Source of the DNA: a virus
Virus record (IMG/VR): IMGVR_UViG_3300034105_001128
Coordinates: 1 to 64,000 of that record
Length of the DNA stretch: 64,000 bases
Reading direction: 5' to 3' (one strand)
How positions within the stretch are numbered: position 1 is the stretch's first letter; every line of letters begins with the position of its first letter. The notes beneath the pieces are model-generated. The model worked only from the letters and a program-made list of their open reading frames with translations. It had not been told where the DNA came from and made no database searches. Made by a program: the position numbers and the translations under genes. Positions 54,510 through 63,708 of the stretch are shown piece after piece.

Positions 54510-57418
54510 TATAGACTACTCGCAATCTTACGTAGTGTTGCATCTTTTCTCAATTTTTCTCCAACTAGCTTGACTAAACGTTCTGCCTCTTGAATACTTC
54601 CCTGTGCAATGTTTACCTTCATATCAAGGTTAATTGTAACATTGCTATTTGAATTTACAGTAGCGCTGCTACTGCCGCCTCCGCCGTGATTTGAGCTAGT
54701 TCCTGCACCAGGAGCACCTACGTTCATACCATTGCTAGCTTCTCCACCCACGCGTGCTTCCAAAGCAACAGCATCTGCTTGTTTTAGGTGCTTCATGTAA
54801 GCTCCGGTATTATAACTAGACCAAGCGCTCCAGTTATTACCTTTTTGACTCATGTGGGCCGCTATACCAGCATTAGTACTTGGGTTAAACAAATCTTGAT
54901 TGCTTCTGAGGTTAAACTTTTTACGCCTAGCTGGTCCGAGGCTGCCCAGCATATTAATTTGATACAGTCCGTAAGACTCATCGCCGGTTTTAGTGTTGCC
55001 ATTAAATGCGTTGGATCTACCGCCGGATTCAGCAATAGCAATTGCGTATGCAGTTTTTAGCGCATCTCCTTTAAATCCCTTAGATGAAATTAACTTTATA
55101 AGGTCTTTTTTACTACCTGTAATATTGCCGTCATATTTGCCGCCAGGAAGTTGAGCCAGAACATCGTCAGTTTTCTTTCCAAATACTTTTTCAAGATCAT
55201 CATAAGATACTGGCTTTCCGTCTACAATGGTTTGTCCAAAAGCTGCTAAAATACTTGGGGAGGCATAAGAACTAGAGCTCCAGCCAGCCTTTTTAGTTTT
55301 AAAAACCCTTGACGCAGCCTCATTTAAGCTTGATAGTACTTGAGGAACTCCCTTACGTTTTTTAAACCAATCTCTAGGGTTGTACTGGACTCCTTTTTCA
55401 TCTAATGTTTCAAAGTGAAGGTGTGCGCCACGAGAGTTTCCTCGACCAGGATCTTTTGCGCCACCACCAGACTTACCAATAACTTGTCCGGCTTTTACTT
55501 GTTGTCTGCTAGTTACAAGAATAGAGCGTAAGTGAGCATATCGGCTAGAAGTTCCGTCAAGGTGTTTTATATCTACGTAGCTTCCATAACCATTTGGATC
55601 ATTACCTATTCTTGATACTTTTCCTTCTGAGGCTGCAGTAATAGGTGTTCCAGAAGGTGTTGCTAAGTCTATTCCGCGGTGGTTTGAACTAATTCTTTGT
55701 CCTTGTTTTGCAGCCCTTGCTGCCGCGCCAGGACGAGGGCCAAACTCTGAAGACACAGGTGTTGCTGAAGGAACAGGCCACATATGATTTGCGCCAGCAG
55801 TTTCTGCTTTCGGAGTTGAGGCATGACCAATGTTCATTCCATTGCTGGATTCTCCACCTATCGAACCAAATAGCTGACCAAGTGCGTTACCGCCACCGGC
55901 AAGAAGCGCACCTATAATTGCACCAGGGGCAGCAGCAACACCAAATCCTGCAGCTCCTACAGCAGCACCACCAGCTGCACCTATTCCAGCAGATTTAAGT
56001 ACAGAGCCCCAGTCAAAGCCGCCTTTCTTTTTAGCGTCTTTGTAACCACCAAATGCAGACATTGCGGCACCAACAACTGGAAGGGCTTTACCCGCTACGC
56101 CTAAAAATCTTCCTGCTGAAGAAAGTGCTGGACCTGCCTTAGATAGTAACGACCCTCCCTTAGTTGCGGCCGTACCTAGTGCAGGTAGTACTGCTTTAGC
56201 ACCTCCGCCACCTAAAAATTTAGATAGTAGTTTGTATTGGAGGAATGAAGAACCTAAACTTGCAACAGTACTTCCAGCTGTTGCAATGGCGCCTCCGGTG
56301 TTTCCCGAGTTAGGCAGAGTTTGTAAAATTCCTTTGAGGGTCATTAACCCATCATTAATTGGTCCAAGAAGATCTGCCATTGCACTAAAGCCATCATTAA
56401 CTGCTGCGGTAGTTCTTGTAGCTACGTTGTAACCACCTACTAGACCTTCTTCAGTTGCAGCTAGTTTTCTAGCCTCACTGGTGTTGTATCTAAAATTAGA
56501 ACGAACAGGGGAGCTTTTATCAACGCCCATAAGATCCAACATCTTATTTGGATCTTTGCTGTTCATTGCACCAGAGTACTTTTTAGCAGACCCTGCTTTT
56601 GCTCTAGCACGAAGACCTGACTGCAATTGCTGCATCAAGGCTTGGTCCCCATTTGTTAGGGTAAGGAGAGTTTGATAAGACTTAGATCCTGGGTTATAAA
56701 GTAGGTCTGCTTCTTCTGCGGTAATCTGTCGTCCACGATATAAAAAACGATACACATCGTTAACAATTTGGGAAATTGGCTTTAAGTTTCCTTTATCATC
56801 ACGAATACGTACGCCCATGCGCAAAAAGCTCATGCCGTTCATTCCAGCAACAGATGCGGCAGCAGCTTCGTTTGACATACCTGATTGTGCGCTTAGCCCA
56901 GCCATTTGGCTCATAATGTTACTTGAAGTTTTGGATCCTGCGCCATACCCGCCACCATACATCAAAGACATCTGTGCCATGACAGGTGACATAGCGCTTG
57001 TAGCTCCGCCACCTACCTGTTTGTTTGCCTGTAAGATAGCTTGTCGTGAAGACATTCCGGCCATGCCAGCGTAAGAATCTGCGCCAATGCGTTGAGTAAC
57101 AGCAGCCATGGTATTTGGGGCCATGCTCATATATGTAGAGCCAGCTGCAAACCCTACAGCCGCACCTACTTGGGCCCGGGTAAACCCACCACCCATACCA
57201 ATTTTACCGCCGCCAGATTTGCCACCCAAGTTGTCGGTTGTGTCTTTAACACTGTCCGCCATCTTGTCCCATTGCGAAGCAATGCCGTCCATGTACTTTG
57301 ATACTTTTTCAAATAACTTTAGTAGATTTTTTCCAAAGTCGTCAAAGCTAGCGTCGTTGCCCGCTACGCTACCAAACCCTGGGTCGCCATCTGTTGCGAC
57401 TCCCAAATTTTCGGCTAT
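54509..57418 (-). CDS. tape measure protein with M23 peptidase and lytic transglycosylase domains
   Basis: HRGIDL, YAHL, HLHFE (M23); AIAESGG, GLYQIN (SLT); start either ATA 57418 or TTG 57406. Confidence 0.88.
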   Translation of the reverse strand: MAENLGVATDGDPGFGSVAGNDASFDDFGKNLLKLFEKVSKYMDGIASQWDKMADSVKDTTDNLGGKSGGGKIGMGGGFTRAQVGAAVGFAAGSTYMSMAPNTMAAVTQRIGADSYAGMAGMSSRQAILQANKQVGGGATSAMSPVMAQMSLMYGGGYGAGSKTSSNIMSQMAGLSAQSGMSNEAAAASVAGMNGMSFLRMGVRIRDDKGNLKPISQIVNDVYRFLYRGRQITAEEADLLYNPGSKSYQTLLTLTNGDQALMQQLQSGLRARAKAGSAKKYSGAMNSKDPNKMLDLMGVDKSSPVRSNFRYNTSEARKLAATEEGLVGGYNVATRTTAAVNDGFSAMADLLGPINDGLMTLKGILQTLPNSGNTGGAIATAGSTVASLGSSFLQYKLLSKFLGGGGAKAVLPALGTAATKGGSLLSKAGPALSSAGRFLGVAGKALPVVGAAMSAFGGYKDAKKKGGFDWGSVLKSAGIGAAGGAAVGAAGFGVAAAPGAIIGALLAGGGNALGQLFGSIGGESSNGMNIGHASTPKAETAGANHMWPVPSATPVSSEFGPRPGAAARAAKQGQRISSNHRGIDLATPSGTPITAASEGKVSRIGNDPNGYGSYVDIKHLDGTSSRYAHLRSILVTSRQQVKAGQVIGKSGGGAKDPGRGNSRGAHLHFETLDEKGVQYNPRDWFKKRKGVPQVLSSLNEAASRVFKTKKAGWSSSSYASPSILAAFGQTIVDGKPVSYDDLEKVFGKKTDDVLAQLPGGKYDGNITGSKKDLIKLISSKGFKGDALKTAYAIAIAESGGRSNAFNGNTKTGDESYGLYQINMLGSLGPARRKKFNLRSNQDLFNPSTNAGIAAHMSQKGNNWSAWSSYNTGAYMKHLKQADAVALEARVGGEASNGMNVGAPGAGTSSNHGGGGSSSATVNSNSNVTINLDMKVNIAQGSIQEAERLVKLVGEKLRKDATLRKIASSL

Positions 57419-57423
57419 TTAAA

Positions 57424-57576
57424 TCACCGCCTTAACCTGTTAGTTCCTTTTTCAAGCCAATTAATTCGTTCCCTATAAGTAAGGGAACGAATCTCTGTAA
57501 GTGTCCACCCGGGGTACATCTGCGTTAGCAGCTCGTACATCCCAAGCAACACTGTGTAGTCAGTCTCACTCCCGAA
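57424..57576 (-). CDS. tail assembly chaperone extension, probably reached by +1 frameshift
   Basis: YELL..YPGWTLTEIRSLTYRER..WL motif in +1 frame after CTC TTT CGG. Confidence 0.6.
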   Translation of the reverse strand, partial: FGSETDYTVLLGMYELLTQMYPGWTLTEIRSLTYRERINWLEKGTNRLRR

Positions 57577-58390
57577 AGAGATCTGCCAGGGTTAGTGGCA
57601 GTGGCACCTCCGAGCCGCAAGACGTACATTCTTTTTTAATTTGGCTAAGTTGTGGTCCAGGGTTACGGTTTGTGATTTCTTCAAGGATCGTTCTACGATC
57701 CTTCATTCCTAAGTTTCTAACGACTTCTGGGTCAATTATTTCTTCCCCATTAATTGCTAAAACTGTGCTCTTTAACAGAACTGTGTCTAATTCTGCCATA
57801 GTTTTATTTACAGAGTCTACGATTGCTCGTTGTGTTCCACCCTTAGGGAGTGTCACTACAACTGTGCCAACTTTACACTTTACTGTAAATTCTCTATCTC
57901 CCTCTAATTTCTTAATCTTTACGTCTTTATCTAGATCAATAACAAATGTTTGGTCATTGTCACACGTAGGGCATTTACCGGGCCCAACAGTTACTTCTGT
58001 ACCAAATGTTACTTTTCTAATAGCTAGTAGCAATAGTTCTCTGTCTCCAGCAAACATTGCGTCTAGTAGGTCTTTTGTTGCTTTTTCTTCACCAATTTTA
58101 ACAGTAGCTCTTTCTAAAATATTTAAAAGGGCTTTTCCAGTGTCATTGATCTTAGAGATGGCTTCTTCATCGATTCCATTAAGCTCTCTAACCTCAGCAG
58201 TAGTAATCAAGCCTTCAAAGGGGTCATACAGACCCCCGGCTAGTTCTACTGATGTATCAGGAGGCAATGTAATTTTAGGCGCTTCCGCCTTAACCATTGC
58301 CTCCTGCTCACCAAGAGCCATAGCATCTGCTGCTAGCTTATTAGCCAAATCAGGATTTGTACCCGCATTTATAACCGTATTATTAGACAT
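57566..58390 (-). CDS. tail assembly chaperone / baseplate hub assembly protein
   Basis: VRELNG.DEE, GDRE.LL.AIR..TFG, CPTC, CTSC; between tube and tape measure. Confidence 0.8.
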   Translation of the reverse strand: MSNNTVINAGTNPDLANKLAADAMALGEQEAMVKAEAPKITLPPDTSVELAGGLYDPFEGLITTAEVRELNGIDEEAISKINDTGKALLNILERATVKIGEEKATKDLLDAMFAGDRELLLLAIRKVTFGTEVTVGPGKCPTCDNDQTFVIDLDKDVKIKKLEGDREFTVKCKVGTVVVTLPKGGTQRAIVDSVNKTMAELDTVLLKSTVLAINGEEIIDPEVVRNLGMKDRRTILEEITNRNPGPQLSQIKKECTSCGSEVPLPLTLADLFRE

Positions 58391-58410
58391 ATTGTAGTTT
58401 CCTTATATTA

Positions 58411-59085
58411 TTAGAATGTTTGGTTTGTGTCAAAAGTAGTAGGTGCTGTTCCTTCTACTGTGTAATCCTTTGCGTAACGAACATCCCAACCTTCATGAAC
58501 TACAGTCATTTCTTCCACCATAAGGGTGTTAGAACCTGCGTCTAGTCCACTGTAAGAAAGTGATGTGATCCAAGCATTATACACCTTAAAGCGAAGTGAT
58601 GTATGTTGGTCATATGGGGTGTTGGCATCCTGTGTTGTGGATGCGCTTCCCTTATATGCCGCTGGGTTTGGATGGCTAAGGACCTGAATTGTTATGTTGC
58701 AACGGAAGTTAGATCCAACGCCACCAGTTGCTGTAGGTGTAAGAACTGAGAATAGCTTCTTCATCCATAGAGAGTTGTCGTTTAGACCAAGTGCTACACC
58801 CTTAGAGAATGTAATAGGTGTGAACGATGATTGACCAGGTAACTGGTGCATGTTTGTGTTGTAGCCGCCTTCGCGGTATGCAATAGATTCTGTAGAAACT
58901 GTTAGGCCAGACATGGATACAAACCCAAGCTTTCCAAAGTTTTTACCAAAATCTGCTGCGGTGATTTTTACACCATCTCCTGTTGGCTCAAAAGTTACTA
59001 CGAACTTAAAGTTACGAACTGGATCGGTGAGCATCTGACTAAGTGTATTTACCACTGCTGAGTTAGTTGGTGCGGGTGTTGTCAT
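58411..59085 (-). CDS. tail tube protein (T4 gp19-like)
   Basis: DP.RNFKF, YREGG, LPGQ..F.PIT.SKG, YNAW, L..HEG pattern. Confidence 0.92.
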   Translation of the reverse strand: MTTPAPTNSAVVNTLSQMLTDPVRNFKFVVTFEPTGDGVKITAADFGKNFGKLGFVSMSGLTVSTESIAYREGGYNTNMHQLPGQSSFTPITFSKGVALGLNDNSLWMKKLFSVLTPTATGGVGSNFRCNITIQVLSHPNPAAYKGSASTTQDANTPYDQHTSLRFKVYNAWITSLSYSGLDAGSNTLMVEEMTVVHEGWDVRYAKDYTVEGTAPTTFDTNQTF

Positions 59086-59099
59086 TTTTTATATCTCCT

Positions 59100-61082
59100 T
59101 TACGCTGATGCGTTTCCGGTTAGTTGTCCAAGCTTAATGACAACGAACTCTGCTGGGTATTCTAATGCGACGCCAACTTCAATGTTAACTCGGCCGGCTT
59201 GCATATCGGCAAAGCTAGTTGTAGTTTCGTCAACTGTTACAAAGAAAGCTTGGGTCTGGCTATTGCCACGAAGTCCGCCTTCTGACCAATATCCTAAAAG
59301 GAAATTGTTAAGCACTGTATGAAGACGACGCCACAAGAAAGTGTCGTTGTTCTCAAATACTGCAAATGCTGATAGATCTGTTAATTGAGTCGTAATGTAC
59401 TGCAATGAACGTCTAACATTGATATAGCGATTGTTAGGTGTGTTATCTAGTGTGCGTCCACCCATAACAACAATGCCGGCGCCAGGGACGTTACGGATTG
59501 CGTTAATTGGATTACCGCGAGTGTTTAGCTCATCAAGCTCAGCATTTGTAAACAAATGCTCAGTTGATACTGCAAGTGCGATAGAATTTCCAAGACCGGC
59601 TGGAGTCTTAAAGACGCCACGGCTTGCGTCTGTAGCTAGGTACTGACCTACCATGATAGCACCAGGAGCCTGAGCACGTGTTACGCCAGGGATCTTGTTA
59701 GTATCAGGAATGTTTATCCAAGGGTAATACGCTGCAGTAATGTACTCTGCGCCAGGTCCGGCTGCTGCTGTAGCGTCTACTGAATCTTTAGCTGCTGTTG
59801 CTGATAGGCCTGATGGAGTATCAACTACAACAAATGAGTCTTGTCGTGAAAGCGCATAACTCATTGCGTCACCATGAATCAATGAAGTGTTTGTTTCGTC
59901 ATACGCAGCGTCTGCTGCGTAGATAACTAGAGGATTTTGAATTGGATCAAATGAAGTCCATACCGCGCCGTACTGCGCACGTGTTGGTGTGGAACCATTA
60001 GCTCCACCAGCAAGTGCTGTTGGAGAAGTAGCTGTTGTGTAAGGTGTCTTTGTGACATCTAGTCCAGTAGCTGGGATATTGATTACTCCAGAACTTGAGT
60101 TGATTACTGAACGGAAAAAGTACTTATCAGTAGTGCTCATGCTTAGATCTGTCCAAGACTCCACAAGAGTTGTAACTCCGGTAGGAGAGGTGTAATAGAC
60201 GTTAAGTCCAAAACGTGTTGAAACTCCGGCAGGAACTACTTGAACAGAATAGCTTTGTGACCAAGCACCAGCACTAAGTGCGTTAACAGCAAATACTTGG
60301 GCTGGGTTAATAACTACAGTAGCTGTAGCTGTGGCTCCTGTTACTGCAGTACCTGTAGCGGCACTTGTAATAGTAAACTGAGTAGCTGAGCGAGTAACGA
60401 TTGTAGCATTTGTGATATTAAATGTTGATGTAGAAAGGCCAGTAATAGATACTGTCTGTCCTACTGTAAAGCTGTTTGACGCTGTATAAGTGATTTTAGC
60501 GCTTACAGCTGTAGCTGTAGCTGTAGCTCCAGTAACCGCTGTACCTGTTGCCGCGTTAGTTACAGTAAATGTTGATGAAGTTGCTGTAGCAATTGTTACT
60601 GCAGATAAGTTAAAAGCAGTTGTAGACAAGCCTGAGATGCTTACTGACTGTCCTGCTTCAAATGTGTTAGTTGCTGTGTAAGTAACTGTTCCACTAGCTG
60701 CAGATGCAGCTGTAACAGTAGCTGTTGTTGCTTGAGCAGTTGCTGCAGTGACTGTAGCAACCACATTTGATGCTGTTGCTGAGTCATTAACAGATACTGT
60801 TCCGACAAGAGCGTTGTCACCTAGAACACGACGTACATATAGATTGCGGCCACCATTAGCATAAAAGTTATAGGCAGCCCAAGTTGTTGGGTAGGAATCG
60901 TTTAATCCACCAAATGTCTTTACAAAATCGCTCCAGCTTGAAACCAACACTGGCGCTGCAGATGGACCCTGTGCTAAAGCACCGGTCATTGCACCTACAG
61001 CGTTGCTTGTATCAGGCAACTGAATAGTTTGTGGTAAAGCCACTTCTTGAACATAGACTCCCGGGCGACTGTATGTTGCCAT
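59100..61082 (-). CDS. contractile tail sheath protein
   Basis: RPGVYVQE, RGVFKTPAG, YINVRR, AVFENN, PAEFVVI. Confidence 0.95.
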   Translation of the reverse strand: MATYSRPGVYVQEVALPQTIQLPDTSNAVGAMTGALAQGPSAAPVLVSSWSDFVKTFGGLNDSYPTTWAAYNFYANGGRNLYVRRVLGDNALVGTVSVNDSATASNVVATVTAATAQATTATVTAASAASGTVTYTATNTFEAGQSVSISGLSTTAFNLSAVTIATATSSTFTVTNAATGTAVTGATATATAVSAKITYTASNSFTVGQTVSITGLSTSTFNITNATIVTRSATQFTITSAATGTAVTGATATATVVINPAQVFAVNALSAGAWSQSYSVQVVPAGVSTRFGLNVYYTSPTGVTTLVESWTDLSMSTTDKYFFRSVINSSSGVINIPATGLDVTKTPYTTATSPTALAGGANGSTPTRAQYGAVWTSFDPIQNPLVIYAADAAYDETNTSLIHGDAMSYALSRQDSFVVVDTPSGLSATAAKDSVDATAAAGPGAEYITAAYYPWINIPDTNKIPGVTRAQAPGAIMVGQYLATDASRGVFKTPAGLGNSIALAVSTEHLFTNAELDELNTRGNPINAIRNVPGAGIVVMGGRTLDNTPNNRYINVRRSLQYITTQLTDLSAFAVFENNDTFLWRRLHTVLNNFLLGYWSEGGLRGNSQTQAFFVTVDETTTSFADMQAGRVNIEVGVALEYPAEFVVIKLGQLTGNASA

Positions 61083-61126
61083 TTGGGTTTACTCCTTAGG
61101 GTTAGGTTGTTTTCTTAGTGTAGGTA

Positions 61127-61741
61127 TTATGACGATATTGTGGGGAGATTATACATTTCTGTATGCATAGTTATTGTAGGGTCTTGAGTTACCGTGTACA
61201 CCTGAGCAAGTAGATCAGGGAATATCTCGGCACTTATCTTTATATTATAGACATTGCTGAATAGGCGCTTGCCGCCTTCAGTGGTATCTCTTTTTGAGAA
61301 CCCCAACATATCCAGACGACGGGCTGTGCCGTCTTCAGGAATATCGAGTTGCCCAAATCTAAATGGCAATCTGCCTACGCTAAATAAAGCCGCAGCAATT
61401 TGCCGGTCATGACGTGGTTGACGTGCCCAAGTAGAGACTTGATAGTACAGGTCAACTGGGGTTGGAAAGTTAGTTATTTTGTTAATGCGGCCATCTACCG
61501 CAGTTACGCCAAGACCTTCTGGGATGTACGTAAGTTGAACTGCGCCTTGGTGAGCCCTAGTGGTATCTTCACGCACAGAGATAAGGTCAATAGTAATATA
61601 TGGGTAGGTCTGCTGACGAATTTCTTTGTCAGGCTGACCGTAGTATACGGCAACAGGGCGTGCAGAATTACCTGCATCAGACACTGTAATGCCTTGTAGC
61701 ATAGTCTTAAGGGCGGCGTCTTCATTGATTAAAAATGGCAT
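61127..61741 (-). CDS. tail terminator / sheath stabiliser-like protein
   Basis: YP.ITID..., PVDLYYQV; directly upstream of sheath. Confidence 0.65.
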   Translation of the reverse strand: MPFLINEDAALKTMLQGITVSDAGNSARPVAVYYGQPDKEIRQQTYPYITIDLISVREDTTRAHQGAVQLTYIPEGLGVTAVDGRINKITNFPTPVDLYYQVSTWARQPRHDRQIAAALFSVGRLPFRFGQLDIPEDGTARRLDMLGFSKRDTTEGGKRLFSNVYNIKISAEIFPDLLAQVYTVTQDPTITMHTEMYNLPTISS

Positions 61742-62019
61742 TATCGATGCTCCAACATAAAGTTACGGAGCATACCTAGTCCGCCACTTGCACGGTTGTC
61801 ATTTTCTAAAGTAGATACTTCATCTTTAACAGCATCAGGAATGATGATAGGGTGGTGGCCATCTTCGTATTTGACCTTTAATTGCTTAATTATCTCAATT
61901 GGCCAAGTAGAGTTTTCTTCTGCATACTTGTGCAGTTCTTTGGTATACGGCTTTACAGCCTGCTTCTTTTTGTACTCTAGGTACCTATGTAGTTCGTCTA
62001 GAACTGATGGCTCACGCAT
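61741..62019 (-). CDS. hypothetical neck-region protein
   Basis: tiles with neighbours. Confidence 0.55.
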   Translation of the reverse strand: MREPSVLDELHRYLEYKKKQAVKPYTKELHKYAEENSTWPIEIIKQLKVKYEDGHHPIIIPDAVKDEVSTLENDNRASGGLGMLRNFMLEHR

Positions 62020-62173
62020 TTTTACCGAGCCAATTCGCAATGATATAGCCTGCAACTAAACCAGCGATAACTTTCTTACCGCCATCATTGTTTAGATTAG
62101 AAACACCACGAATGAACTCTTGTTTATCGGCATCAGTCTCCTGACGGAGCAGCCGTTGAGCTAAATAAATCAT
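62012..62173 (-). CDS. small membrane-anchored hypothetical protein
   Basis: SD GGAGG before ATG 62173; C-terminal hydrophobic helix. Confidence 0.6.
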   Translation of the reverse strand: MIYLAQRLLRQETDADKQEFIRGVSNLNNDGGKKVIAGLVAGYIIANWLGKNA

Positions 62174-62250
62174 CAATTCCTCCATAGGAAGGCGCAGGTT
62201 ATTGCAAGCAGGGTTCCGGATTTCTCCGGCGTTAATAGCAATCATAAACG

Positions 62251-62272
62251 AAAAAACCCCCTTACGGGGGTT
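62251..62272 (-). terminator. intrinsic terminator
   Basis: AACCCCC-gtaa-GGGGG-TTTTTT on - strand. Confidence 0.7.
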
Positions 62273-62278
62273 AAATCG

Positions 62279-62455
62279 CTACTTCTTTTTAATCTTCTTA
62301 ATGATCTTTTTGTCCATCTTAGCGTCATCCTCTTGGGATTTAGGCTTGCGGTGTTTTTCATCCGCCTTCTTAAACTTCTTCTTTTGAGCCGGGGTTAGAC
62401 CCTTCATGTCCTTGGCATCCTGCTTCTTGTCGGACTTCTCGGTGTACTTAGCCAC
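62279..62455 (-). CDS. 58-aa Lys-rich protein (not in ORF track)
   Basis: MAKYTEKSDKKQDAKDMKGLTPAQKKKFKK...KKIKKK. Confidence 0.6.
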   Translation of the reverse strand: MAKYTEKSDKKQDAKDMKGLTPAQKKKFKKADEKHRKPKSQEDDAKMDKKIIKKIKKK

Positions 62456-62598
62456 TACATGCCAGTCTTTCTATTCATAGAGGTCTTCTTTGTTGGGGCT
62501 TTCTTTACATCTTTCTTAATCATCTTACCCTTATGAGGGCCTTTGCCATACTTTGGGTGAGTCTTATCTTTTTGCCCACAGCCGCATGTAGCGCACAT
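62455..62598 (-). CDS. 47-aa Lys-rich peptide with N-terminal MCATCGC (not in ORF track)
   Basis: SD AAAGG upstream; stop overlaps the next GTG. Confidence 0.6.
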   Translation of the reverse strand: MCATCGCGQKDKTHPKYGKGPHKGKMIKKDVKKAPTKKTSMNRKTGM

Positions 62599-62622
62599 TA
62601 TTTCTTACCTTTCGTTTGGTTA

Positions 62623-63204
62623 TTATAGAGTAGTTTCATCAAAAGCGCGGTAATTTGCATAGCGTTGGAACTGGCTGTCATTAACTAGCTCTTCGGCATT
62701 GACCTGCTCACAGCTAATCTGAACTAGAGTATATTTGTCCTTAATAATACCCTGAAGGCTTATTTGTGTTGGGCTAAACACTTGGTTCCTAAATACGATA
62801 CGATCCCGCAGATAGGCATCTGGATTAACCTCTATAGTAGATAGCTGGCGGGCGTTAGAAGCATTTGCGCCATAAAAATTAAGGTGGTTTTGAACCACAT
62901 CTACGTTAATAGTAACTGTCATTATATCTGTGTTATAGAAACCACGGTCATTTTGAACAGATACGCCTTGCTGTATACGTGCGTTAACCACAGGTATTGT
63001 AAATGGGGTTTTCCATTTACGACCACCAGATATGGAAGATGAGCCAACATCGTATATAGGATCTAGTTGACTACTAGCTGAGTCATAGATCCACCAGTCG
63101 ACGTTAGTACCGACAGTCTGTACAAGTTCAGCTGTAGTACCAGAAACGCTTGATCCGCGTTCGTACTGTATGTTGAACCGACCCTCTTTGTTGTCTCCCC
63201 GCAT
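62623..63204 (-). CDS. putative head-tail joining (neck) protein
   Basis: DPIYDVG...DRIVFRNQVF; position before tail genes. Confidence 0.55.
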   Translation of the reverse strand: MRGDNKEGRFNIQYERGSSVSGTTAELVQTVGTNVDWWIYDSASSQLDPIYDVGSSSISGGRKWKTPFTIPVVNARIQQGVSVQNDRGFYNTDIMTVTINVDVVQNHLNFYGANASNARQLSTIEVNPDAYLRDRIVFRNQVFSPTQISLQGIIKDKYTLVQISCEQVNAEELVNDSQFQRYANYRAFDETTL

Positions 63205-63208
63205 AGGT

Positions 63209-63448
63209 TTACTCCGTAGGTGTAGTTGGTTCTAAGATCCTTGAAAATGCTTTTGTATCTGGGTTATAGGTATCTCCAGGAAACACCATCTTGTTCTCAT
63301 TAAAGAGATCTGTAACGTCTACTGTTACTGGATCGCTTAAAAATATAGCGCCTAAACGATCATCTGTATGTAGGACGTCTACCACTTGATTATCAATAAC
63401 AAAAGCTATTTTAACTGGTGGGGTTGCTGGCTGTTGGTTTGTTGTCAT
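63209..63448 (-). CDS. hypothetical protein (tail-fibre-associated type)
   Basis: IAFVID..VV...GDTYNPDTKAF. Confidence 0.6.
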   Translation of the reverse strand: MTTNQQPATPPVKIAFVIDNQVVDVLHTDDRLGAIFLSDPVTVDVTDLFNENKMVFPGDTYNPDTKAFSRILEPTTPTE

Positions 63449-63687
63449 TGTTCTTCCTTATAAGAGACTCGGACTTGTTCCCATTTGTGTAGTGGACATG
63501 ATGCATTTGGTAGCTTTGTCTTTGCCGACATGAAGCAACCACATTCTTTACAGTTTCCTGTAGGCAATAGCTCTGGACATGCTTTGCAAATAGCATAGCG
63601 ATCCGCGGCCACTGTTTCAGGAACTCTACCAAGATTTTTATTAAAAAGGTCCCACGGACGTGCAGGACGGTCGTACGGATCAGCCAT
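63445..63687 (-). CDS. Cys-rich DUF6171-like protein
   Basis: RYAICKAC..CKECGCFM.AK....CPLHKW. Confidence 0.65.
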   Translation of the reverse strand: MADPYDRPARPWDLFNKNLGRVPETVAADRYAICKACPELLPTGNCKECGCFMSAKTKLPNASCPLHKWEQVRVSYKEEQ

Positions 63688-63708
63688 GGTATATCTCCCT
63701 CGTTAATA

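Noticed and set aside
57501-58397. + strand 298-aa ORF (likewise 31941..32549 opposite recA)
   Set aside because: Mirror-frame shadows of well-supported - strand genes.
58851-58862. Near-match to the CCAACACAAACA motif in the tube gene
   Set aside because: Single mismatched copy explained by the conserved YNTN codons, far from the cluster.
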